From the NCBI GenBank assembly GCA_020137815.1, contig CM035360.1, forward strand, positions 1,736,001-1,800,000: a DNA stretch of 64,000 nucleotides. The letters are read 5' to 3'. This DNA is from Hormiphora californensis. Taxonomy: Eukaryota; Animalia; Ctenophora. Positions within the stretch are counted from its first letter, which is position 1; every line of letters starts with the position of its first letter. The notes beneath the pieces were generated by a model, which saw nothing but the letters and a program-made list of their open reading frames with translations, searched no databases and had not been told where the DNA came from. Made by a program: the position numbers and the translations under genes. Shown here one piece after another: positions 49,090 to 61,200 of the stretch.

Positions 49090-50800
49090 GTCGTGTAGTC
49101 GAGTACCATACAACACTACATGGTGAGAAGTTTTCAATGCACTTTATAGAACTGAGAGACACACAAAATATATAACGTAATAAACATTTCTCGGGACCAC
49201 ATCGGGTGGGAAAGGCAGCTGGAAAATGGGGGTGAACTAGGAGTGAACTACACGGGGCACTTTCTGAATAATAATATGTTGGTAGTGTAGCGCACAACTA
49301 TATAAAACCACAACGTGCCCTAAAAGCAACTGAGGGTAGCTGAAAGCAAAGAGAATTGGGTTGGTCATAACCCCTTCGCACGCTGGTAAGGGAGGGGTAA
49401 AATCCCTTAAACGGCCAAGGGGGGACTATGTTAGGTTTATCAATTGGGCTAAAGAGAATACGAACAAATTTAGTTGGGGCACCCACGAGAAAAAACAATA
49501 ACTCTCACCCAAAGTGTAAAAAGGTGCTATGAGGGGGGCATGGGGTTTGTATACCCTATAAAGAAAATATTGTGGGGAAAAATAGTACCTAGATTCTAGG
49601 GGGGGAAACAAAACTAGTTCCCCATGTCCCCGTGTTTTGGGGTTTAGAGAAAAATTAACGAATTAGTGGAAATAACAAACAATTTTTCCCCTGTAACGTT
49701 GGGTAAAGTAAAAAGAGGCAAGATACAGGGGGAAAATTTATTATTTAATATACCCAGATTCAAGACTGGATATTTTTGTTTTAAAAACAACCGTATAATT
49801 TTTATTGCTTTGGGGTTTCTTTTTTGGGAAAATTTTCCCTTTTTCCCCCCTTTCTGGGGAAATCTATTTAAAAAAAGGCACGTGGGGTTTTTTTCTTTTC
49901 TTGACCCTTTATACAGCTATTGGTGTTGGTCCCAACATAAACCCGAGCATACTTGAAAATAAATGGGGGAGAGAGGCCCCTCTCAGAGAGCGAGAAGGGG
50001 GAAGAAAGAGCAAAAGAGAAAAGAGAAAAGAATTTTAAAACCCCCCAATTTAGAGAAAAAGAGAGAAGAAAAAAAAAAGTTTTTGACCGACAAGGTAGGG
50101 GATGGTGCAACAATAAAGAAATGTTGTCAAAGGGGAAGTTAAAAAAGGGGGGGAAACGACCGGAGAGGGAAAAGACTTCTAGATAAAATTCTTGGAAGTT
50201 TAAAATAGAAGGGGGGGGAAAAGGGGGAGAGATAAAGGGGAACCAATTTAAACTTCCATTTTTAAGAGGCAGTGACATTTTCTTTTGACCAACCACCCAC
50301 CTTCTAAAATTTCCCCCTTTCCCCCCCCCCCCTCCGCGGGGAAAGAAGCCTTATTTGTAACAGAAATTTTGGTTTGCTGAAAGGGGAAAAGGACCGAAGG
50401 AATAAAATTGATGAGTATGCAGCCCCGATTTTTGATTTTTTGCCCCAAAAAACTTTCTCATTTGGGGAAAAAAGGGGGAAGGAAGAGAAGAGAGATTAGG
50501 GGAGGGGAAAATAGATAATAGAGACTCCCTCCCTATCGAAATTCCAGAGGCGCCCCCTCGGGGGCCCCGGGCGTTGGGCCCCCCCCGTTGTGGTGGGGGG
50601 CTTCCCCCTGGAAAAAAAAGTTAGGGGTTTTCGCGGAAGGATAAGAATGGGCCCCCCCTACTGCAGCTTGTTTTAAAAGGGTGAAAGAAAGGTTTCTTTT
50701 CAAACGCAAAACGATTGGGTTTAAAAAATACATTTTGTTTGGTGAAAGAGTTTGCTAAAATGGTATGGGCGCCAAAAAGTCACCAGGGAAATTGCAGCCC
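49090..50800. other. Garbled homopolymer-rich block, probable low-quality consensus
   Basis: Excess of short G/A/T/C runs and corrupted-looking microsatellite; no credible ORF. Confidence 0.6.
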
Positions 50801-53224
50801 AGTCCTTGACTTGTTTAGACTGTCTCGTGATAGTGTGATACTCTCTTTTTAACTCAAAAGATAGACTATGAAAATTCATTCCTTGCCGAAGCCATAATAA
50901 CCAAATACAATGACAATAAGACATGTAGTAGTTCCAAACAATCTTAGATTTAGAGGAATGACTATAGTGGTACGTGCAGTGCTAGAAAAATATGTCCCCT
51001 TAAAACTTAATTGCGAAAAAGACGTTGATCAGGAAAAGACTCCATGTGTGTGAGGTGCAATATAATTCAATAGATGTATGTGTGCACAGCTGTTCGGACA
51101 GTGTTATTGGAGCCGCGTGTGTGTTCAGATGTTGTGCGTATCGGAGCGGTATAAAAAGTCTTATTAGTTTATGAAAGAGGGATATAAAAACAAACAGCTG
51201 CTAATGGACAAAACAAAATGGAAAAATTCATACTGCAGACCAGTAATATATAATATCATGGGGATATCATAACATCCCATCTTCCTAAAAGTATCTCTGA
51301 AAGAGATTCGACTTCAAAGATTCATTAAACGGGGGAAAGGTAAATTGAACACCACAAATAATATTGTACCACTATACCTAAACCCCTAAATTGATCAGGT
51401 GCTGCACTGAAAAAAGGTCTTCAAAAGGCCGGCAATATTTCAAGTTGACACTAATAGAGAAATGACTGCACTCAGTATAAATCTCTTTTCTCAATTTTCC
51501 CTTGTGTACCCACTCCCCCATTATTATACATTCACTCAATATCGACACGTAACCACACAGAAAGGGATTGATACTGAGTATCTTGGCAAACTGAGTAGTA
51601 CCCCACACAATACTGTGAACAATAGTCTATCTTTTCCCTTGATCTACTGAAACAACTACCCCCCTTCCTTGGAACCAATCCGATATCTCTATAATTCTGT
51701 GATAGCTAAGCGATGTGGGGGGTTTACCAAATTTCTCACAGTTTTCGATGGAAATTTGTATTTTTTTGCAATTTGAGTTAATCAATGTCTGCCGCCTTGC
51801 TGGCACGATTTCCTAACCGTCCATGGACGGTTGAGCGGGTACCAAAGCCGCCCCCTATCTCTAGAAACTATTTTAATGTTCCCTATACCAATAATAAAGG
51901 ACGGATTTCCTAAAATATTTCGTTCGTTTCGTACGTCAAACACAGTCAGTAGTGAAACACATAACACAATGCATTCGAATTATGATTTCTCATGACATTG
52001 TGTCTTTTTCTTCTCTCTGTATTCTCCCTGCTGCTTTCCTTAATTCTCCTGTAATAAAAGGCAAATTCCGATGCGACGAAAATCACAATAATTGTCGATG
52101 TTAATTTCCTTACCAAATATCCGTATCTGAATTGTTGAGTCAACACGACCAATATCCGACAGGCGTGTGAAGATGGAACCTGGAAATACCCCTGGCCCTC
52201 ACAGCTCAACAAGGAAAAACGTGGCTGGTTTTGTGTACTCATCCCTGCTCGACTACTCCATGATCTCGACACATGCAGAAAGAGCAATTGTGTATTGATT
52301 TCGGAACTGTTAAATAAGAGTAGGATGTAAATTTAATCAGCTAAGGGCAAGCTGTGAATGCAGAGTGCAGAGTGTAGTGGAATCATCCTGGTATTTTGTA
52401 ATTAATCCTTTTGTTTATCACCTGTAATCTTGTCAGTTGTATTTGTTAGGCGACCATAAGCGACCGAGAAGAACCGAGGTCTATGCCCAAACATCATTTA
52501 TGGTCTCTTATCTCCCGCTTGAAGTTGACGGCCCGAATTTGGACACACTGCAGAACGTGACGCGCATCCCCGAACGTCTCAAATGTGGACGAAACCGCGC
52601 GCCGCGTTTCAAAGCAATGACAGTTGTGTGCTTTGATTGCAAGATGAGTTCCGCGCGGGACAAAAACACCGTATTCGACTTAAATCAGGTCTTTCGACCA
52701 ACTGAGCTCCAATGACCTTGAGTCAGACCCCAGCAACAGTCTGATAACAACTAATTGGTTGTGTGACCCTAACCTCCGATCTAAGAAGCCTGTTCTATCC
52801 CCTCACCAGGCATGATCCCTTATAAGGTGTATACTGTAGAGGTTCTGTCAGGACTCAGGCATCGCGCTGTACTGCAGTGGAGGTTGGGGTCATGTGACAG
52901 AATAAGAAAAATACGGGTCTTGTAATTTTGTAAAAAGTATCTAAACACATCAGAATCACATAATGTTAACAAATAAATAACTGTTAAGTATTTGCAACCA
53001 TTTAACACATCGTCAATAGCTCCCATTTGTTCCAATAAATATACAAAGTTCGAAACACGTAGTCTTCCGCCAGCGAAAATAAGACATCGATAGAGAGGGT
53101 GTAGATTTTTCCGGTTCCACTCGTCTTTCTCTCAACAATTTCACCGCAATCGGTTGCTTTCCTAGCTTGTGTGTGGGTGTTGATTCACTGACTGAAATGT
53201 GCAGGGGTAAGCCTAGTGGAGAAG

Positions 53225-53294
<70 letters not shown>

Positions 53295-53838
53295 TAGAAT
53301 GTAGCGAGAGGGTCTCTAGAGATAATTTATCATCTCGCTGCTCCTTATCCATCTCACTCGGTCTTCTCCTTCGCTTCTTCGCTTACTCTGTCTGTCTCTC
53401 TGTCTCGGCTGCTCTATCATCTCGTTCATCTCGCGGTCCGTGACTCTTCAGCGGCTTCGTAACTCGCTCCCCGAATTTGATCATGAACTTTGTGCCAGAA
53501 GCTTGCAAAGACATGATATCGTCTCCGCTAAACTGTACAGCTTGTTAACTGTTAGGCTGTAACTAAACAACTACAACTAGCAACTTTAGAACTTATAGTG
53601 CAAATTCTCAGGGTAACCATGAACAGCAAATCTGTTGAGCCAAACCACAAGTTTACTGCGGTAATGTCAGTTGCACAAACTATTTGCCCTAAACGAACCT
53701 ACAATATTGCGGGTGCTGACCAAAATTTTACCAACCATAACTGAGGTCTACAAGCTTGAATATTTCACGGAACCGTCTCAAAGGCGGGTGACCCAACAAA
53801 TCTAACTGATCAAAGAACGTGGTCCCCCCACAAAATAC

Positions 53839-56800
53839 TTACAATGAGGCGATCATCTCCAGTTTGTCTATATCGTCCACATGTCGCTTCTCCATCTTAA
53901 GGAAGTATGTGGAGAGGCTAGTACCCACTACCATATGAAGTGCCAGGACACAACCAAGCAACCCCTGGGACATCCAGGCTAACGTCTGGAGAAAGGAAGG
54001 GGTTAGGAGAGATGAGGGGTTGGGAGAGAGGGAGAAGGGCTTAGGAGAGAAGATGGGAATTGGGGTTAGGAGCCAGGAAGGAGGGTATTAAGAGAGAGGA
54101 AGGATGGGGTTAGGAGCGAGGAAGGAGGGGTTAGGTGAGAGGAAGGAGGGGTTAGGAGAGAGAGAGAGGAAGGATGGGTTAGAAGACATGAAGGAGGGGG
54201 TTAGGAGAGAGGAAGGAAGGGGTTAGGAGAGAGAAAGGAAAGTTATTGTAATGCCATGATATTTCTAAGGATGGCAAACACCAAACTTGAAATAGGGACA
54301 AACAATTATTTCAAACTCTTACCATGCATGTGACCATATAATCACAAAAGTACAGCATTGTGTTATTGATCAGGGTATAGATGGTGGTGCACTTTACAAA
54401 TCGGTTATTGGTACTTCCTAACACATCCTCCATATACATGTTGAAACACTCCATTTCATTATTTGTTACACCCTCCCAGTAGTCGTACACCTAATAGGGA
54501 GAGAAAATAGTGAGATGGTGTAGTTATAGTTGTAAACTAATAGGGAGAGAAAATAGTGAGATGGTGTAGTTATAGTTGTACACCTAGTAGGGAGAGAAAA
54601 TAATGGGGTGGTGTAGTTGTACACCTAGTAGGGAGAGAAAATAATGGGGTGGTGTAGTTGTACACCTAGTAGGGAGAGAAAATAATGGGGTGGTGTAGTC
54701 GTACACCTAGTAGGGAGAGAAAATAATGGAGTGATGTAGTCGTACACCTAATAGGGAGAGAAAATAATGAGATGGTGTAGTTATAGTTGTGAACCTAATA
54801 GGGAGAGAAAATAATGAGATGGTGTAGTTATAGTCGTACACCTAATAGGGAGAAAAAATAATGGGGTGATGTAGTCGTACACCTAATAGGGAGAGAAAAT
54901 AATGAGATGGTGTAGTTATAGTTGTGAACCTAATAGGGAGAGAAAATAGTGAGATGGTGTAGTTATAGTTGTAAACTAGTAGGGAGAGAAAATAGTGAGA
55001 TGGTGTAGTTATAGTTGTAAACTAGTAGGGAGAGAAAATATAGTTAGGGGCGGTAGTCGTGTGACTGGGAAAAAATTTGTGTCAAGCTAATTTCTTCACT
55101 AACGTGTCCCAATAGGTTCCCTCTAGCCCTCCTGAGTTTTTCCAAACTCGGGATGGGGTGCAACATGTTCATTTCCGGGTGGGCGTGGTACCTGTATTTT
55201 CAGCCTGAGGCCAAAACCATAAGTACCCTTAAAATAGGAGTAGACATAAAATCGAGGGCACTAAAGTAATCAGCGTCCTCGCATTAGTGGGGGTAGGTGC
55301 CGGAATTAATTCTCTATCTCATCTGGTTAATTAGATAATTGGATAATTAGGTTTGCGCATAACCGTTTTTTGGCTATATGGCTATAGCCACTTAGGAATG
55401 GTTTAGAGACTTTTCACTGGCGCCATTTTGTAGGCAATAGCCAAGTTATGGGGGGTCGATGTCGGACTTTTAAGCTCTATCTCCAACCGTTTAGCCGTTA
55501 TTTGGCTTCAAAGGTGCTCAAAAAGAGCAAAAAACGGTAAAAAGCCCGATTTTGAGCGACTTTCAAGCCACATAACCGCTAAACGGTTGGAGATAGAGCT
55601 TAAAAGTCCGACGTCGACCCCCCATAACTTGGCTATTGCCTACAAAATGGCGCCAGTGAAAAGTCTCTAAACCATTCCTAAGTGGCTATAGCCATATAGC
55701 CAAAAAACGGTTATGCGCAAACCTAATTATCCAATTATCTAACTAACCAGATGAGATAGAGACTTAATTCCGGCACCTACCCCCACTAATGCGAGCACGC
55801 TGATCACTTTAGTGCCCTCGATTTTATGTCTACTCCTATTTTAAGGGTACTTATGGTTTTGGCCTCAGGCTGAAAATACAGGTACCACGCCCACCCGGAA
55901 ATGAACATGTTGCACCCCATCCCGAGTTTGGAAAAACTCAGGAGGGCTAGAGGGGACCTATTGGGACACGTTAGTGTAGAAATTAGCTTGACACAAATTT
56001 TTTCCCAGTCAAGGCGATATTCGGTGTTATTACCCCTAACTAATAGGACGAAAGTTCAATACATGACTCACAGAACCGATTTAGCAGCTATACAGTCAGA
56101 CCCCGATTTACCGGGCAAAACCCTTCCTCCCTGAGCATCCCGGTAAATCGGGGTCCGATTGTACTAGGAATGAATCAGGAACATGACGATACTAAGAATC
56201 AGGAAATTACCGTTTTAATAATGTCATAGGAGAAAGTGAACTTCTCCTTATTTAGTAGGAGATTATTGGTCCATGTATATCTGTCCATCAGCTCCATCAA
56301 CTGCGTCTTACTACTCTTTGTGTTGAAGTTTGTCTCTATATCTTCTATAGCCGACACTATCTCGTCCTGAGGGGGAGATATATGTTCGAAATAAATTAGT
56401 TGCCACCTACATTCAATAAACCCAGGACAAACATGTATAACTAAGTGGTCGGCCGCTGTACCACGGTGGCTGGTCCAATTATCTTGGAGAGAGAAATTGG
56501 GGGGGGGGGGAGAGAATGATAGGGTTGGTGCTTGTCACCTACCAGCGCTGTGTTCATAGCATTGTATTTTTCCCCCCAAACTCCACAAATGTCTTCCATT
56601 TTTACTTTTTCTCCCTCAGAATCTTCGAATTCTTCAGTAAAGCGGTTCTTGCAGTAAAACTCATCACCAGTCTCAACGTCAACCTATATACCAGGGAATT
56701 TGCAGGGACTTCAGGGGGGTGATGGCAGTGTGAGAAAAAAGAAGGGGTGTGGTGACTAAACCTCGAGAAGGGATATTTGGATGTCATCCACGGAATAGTG

Positions 56801-57691
56801 TACTTTACCTGGGATCCGTATGGTTTGAATGCTTTACAAAATATTTTGTTGTCAATTTTCAATTGCTTATCACTGTCCGCGTCGTCGTCTGATCGTATCT
56901 CATCATAGGTGATTCTCGGTAAAAACCCGGTTTTGTACTTGAAAGGTTGTAGGGTGTTATTCAATTTGTAAAATAATAACACGTTTATAAAATAATGCCA
57001 ATGATATTAGTCAAACCTCGATTTACTGGACCGATAAATTTTCCCAAGTTTAGCATTTTGTATGAAATTAAACCTCTATTTACTTTAATTGTCTTACGAC
57101 TTACGTTACTTTTCAGGCTACTATACTCAAAACCAGTAGCGTTGCTGGCGTTCCAAAACTCTAGCCACATCTTGAGGTTGTCAGGGTATACCGGGTAATC
57201 ACTAAAATCATTGTTCTTGAGTAGTCTCATTTGGTCCCATGTGTAGGGTAGGTTCAGTGTCTGAAGGAGAGAGGGTGGGTTCAGGGTGATGGATGGCAAC
57301 TACTCAGAGCAGTGGTGACATCTCTATTTTATTTGGTAGCTTTACTTAGAACTATTATCGACAATTATACAACTACTGGTTACTACTGGTTACTACTGGT
57401 TACTACTGGTTACAACTACTGGTTACTGCAGTCAGAAAGGTATACACTATACCTCATTTATTTGCAGCAACTTGCTCATCTGATAATCTGGATCACTGGC
57501 GAGGCCTAGTGCCTGCCAGAGGGTCGTCTCATTCTTGCACTGCGTCCACATATCAATCAGGTCCATTTTGTAACTATCGTTTTGGAGGACTGCCCGACCG
57601 AGGATCGAGTAGTCGACTATGACTTCATCGTCAAGTAGCTGTAAAGAGTGAGATTTGTTAGAGTAACCAGCCATGGTAACAACTATGCAGC

Positions 57692-57731
<40 letters not shown>

Positions 57732-57871
57732 GCAGCTAACTGAATGACACTCATGCCTAGTTAGGTGGCTGGTATACCCAGAGTGAGAGAGAGATTTTTG
57801 GTTTTGGTTTGAAAATATAAAGTTGAACTCAAACAATAAAATAGACCAATCTATAAAAATAGTTTTTGAGT

Positions 57872-57911
<40 letters not shown>

Positions 57912-58225
57912 TAGTAACCCATGGTACAGTCACTATACAATAAACTACATTATAGTTCGGACGATTATAAGAGGATGGGTTAATTAATTAATTGATACCT
58001 ACTTGAAACATTTTGTTTCCATCTACATCTTTGTAATCAAAGCAGATAAGAGAGAAGATGGTTCCGGGAACGAAGAATAGAGTTGCCATGTAAAGGTTGA
58101 TAATGGCCATCATTGCCGCCCAGTAGGATGATATCTTGATCATCTGGCCACCCAGGTTGGAACCAGACGATCTAGATAGGGGGGGGGGTGTTATTAGGAC
58201 CCTCAGAGGTTAGATACTCGTCTCG

Positions 58226-58294
<69 letters not shown>

Positions 58295-61200
58295 CAACTA
58301 ACCGAAGGTGGGGTGCTACAGGTGTAAGATTGCAGTATCCAATACACACTCCTGCCACCGCTAGGCATGCTGATACCATACAGAATGTAACAACCACAAT
58401 AGTTCCCAAATTCCTGAACACAGACGGTTTGTTATATGATTCGACAAGGGAATCAGCGTGGATTCATTGATGATATCCTTTGCTTATCAACCCGTGCCAT
58501 CACGATAGGATAGATGATTAGAAAACTAATATATTTCTCGGTGATACTGAATCCTGTAGAATGATAAGTCCCAAGTCCCAGGACAACTCTGATATGTCGA
58601 CTGCCAATGCTCTGACATGTCGTATACTAACCGGTATGAATCAAATTTACTGGCATCACTCCCATCCGATATGCTCTTTAGGATGGCCTCTTTGAGGGTT
58701 GTGAACATGGTATCAGTATCATTCAGAACCTCCTCTATCACCTGTATTGATTTAATTTGATAAGAGCGGTTGCCGTGGTGATTGTAACATTGATTTAATT
58801 TGGTAAGAGCGGTTGCCATGGTGATTGTAACATTGATTTAATTTGGTAAGAGCGGTTGCCATGGTGATTGTAACATTGATTTAATTTGATAAGAGTGGTT
58901 GCCATGGTGATTGTAACATTGATTTAATTTGATGAGACCGGCTGCCGTGGGCGTGAACCCCTGTTGGGGACCCTATGCACAGGGCCAATCACTTAGTGAT
59001 ACCAGCACCGCTACGCTAGTGAGGGCTGTGAGTTCCTATCACCTGTATATATTATGCTGTTTTAATTTATTATAGGTTCTAATTCCGTTCTTTACATTTG
59101 AGAGAGGATCAAACAAGTTTTAATTACACGTTGACAGATCCATTGATCCATTTTAAGAATTCAAGCAGGCAGAATATGAGTATTATCATGAATTTTAGAT
59201 TTAATCATGCTGCACTGGCAAGCATAAAGTTGGCCATTCCCCTCATTATCTAATAGATCTTCCCCCGAGCATCCCGGTAAATCGGGGTCCGAGTACTGTA
59301 TTTGTCATGAATGTAACAATCTTATAGATCTGCAGATTGCAGTTCTAACCTCAAATTGAGCGTTCATCTCCTTCTGCGCCTCGCTAAGGGAAAAGTATGC
59401 CACATCACGAGGGGCTTCCGATGCGATCCAAACTGTGAAGTCCCTTGTTCCACCATCCTCCCCGTATAACTGAGAGAAATGGCGCTGTTAGTTATAGGGA
59501 GTCACAATGGGGCTGTCATTTGAACGATGAAATAAAATAGTTAAGCAAATGAAATGAAAACACCCAATTACGAATTAGATGAAATGTCACATAAAACTTT
59601 CTGTATCCTGCAGCTCGTTTACCTCCTTTGCGACCTCTGTGCATGTTTTATAGAAGAAATCAGTTGAACCGTTTTTAGCGAGAGCAGTTGTCGTGTCGTT
59701 AGCACAGAATGGAGCTGTGCAGTATTCCCAGGAGTCGGGGTTGTCAACTGCAGTAAAGCACCTAAATCATGAGGGGGTTTTAACTTTCATTTGAATGGGA
59801 GCTAAATAAAAGAAGGACTAACTATAGCATAGTGTATAGGCAACAACTGGGACTTTAAAGTTCTCATCCAGACGCGTCCCAATTGGGACGCGTCTGGATG
59901 AGAACATTCAACAACCAAATGGCAAATGTTCTAAAAGACCAACCGCTCAAGACTATGTTCTAAAAGACCTACCACGCTCGACTTCGGACATCTTCCTCTT
60001 CGGTGATACCATAAACACCAAGAGTGGGGGATGGGTTCCGGCAGAAGGCGTGTTTGAAATTGTTATTTCGATTATCAAGGTAGTATAGTCCGGAGTAGCC
60101 CTGTGTAAGGGCCCAGAAATCATATTTCTTGCCATCACCCTTGGGGGACCTGCAAGATATATATTCGATTGGAATGTACGGTATGAGTTTGGTTACGAAA
60201 TAACTCCTCGCGACCTTCACGCACTGGCAAGGGAGGGGTAACTTCGTAATGAGGATCGGATTATCTATTATCTAAGTAACTAATTAATTAAGGTAATTAA
60301 CTTACGGGACCTCACTCCACTTCACACACGGTGCTCCAGAGACAGTTTGGGTCCAGTTACCCCTGAACAAACTCTGGTTACCTGTATCCTGTACCTTCCC
60401 GTCTTCATCAAGCACCTAAACAAGTAGATGAAATGACAGGAATTATAGGAGAATACAATATTAGATGAGCTTGTGGTATGAATATAATATATTATAAGCA
60501 TTAAATATTGCCAGTCTGATTATAAGCTTTACTTTATAGGTCCTTCTATTATACCTCTCCGGGTCCACACAAAGTATAATCAGAGTTGTTTGTTGTCTTG
60601 TCAGTTTGGTCCAACTCATACTGTATGTTAGTACAGCAGACACCCCAATATATCATAGTGCCCGAGTCAGACAACACACATCCTGAAGGGTTGGAGTTTT
60701 TAGCAACATTGTTGCTAAGCAGCTACATGATATGATGATATGACGAGTTAATATTAATCCTGAAACGCTTATACAAATACCACTGGAATTTGAGTGTGAT
60801 ACAACTCAAGTTGATATTTGGAGTGGTACATTTTATTTTACAACTCGTGTTGATTTGAAGCTGCAAACTAACCATCTCGTGCACTACAATCAGCTGTGAC
60901 GTTTTTAGAGCCAGCAGGGGCTGTATTGTTGGTCTCCATTGCTTCGATCTCATCCACTGTCAGGTCCTTCTGAGAGAGCATCACTCCAGTCGTCTTGTCC
61001 AACAGAGTACAGGTCGCCCTGTATGAACGATACAACTGAACATGTTACAACTGAAAACTACACGGAGTACTGAAGGAGATGAGTGAACAACTGAACTCAC
61101 GTGTATGTGGGATTTACACTGAAGAACTCAGAAGCCTTTGTTTTCACCAAACTGGTATTGTGGAAGTAAATGCCATTCTTATATGCCTGAAAGGAAGGAA

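Noticed and set aside
49090-50800. Cluster of short ORFs
   Set aside because: Low-quality-looking sequence with no recognisable motifs or consistent splice structure.
50760-53540. Possible extra small exons on the minus strand (e.g. 52179-52114, 53532-53383)
   Set aside because: Splice-like signals exist but I could not join them in phase or recognise a product.
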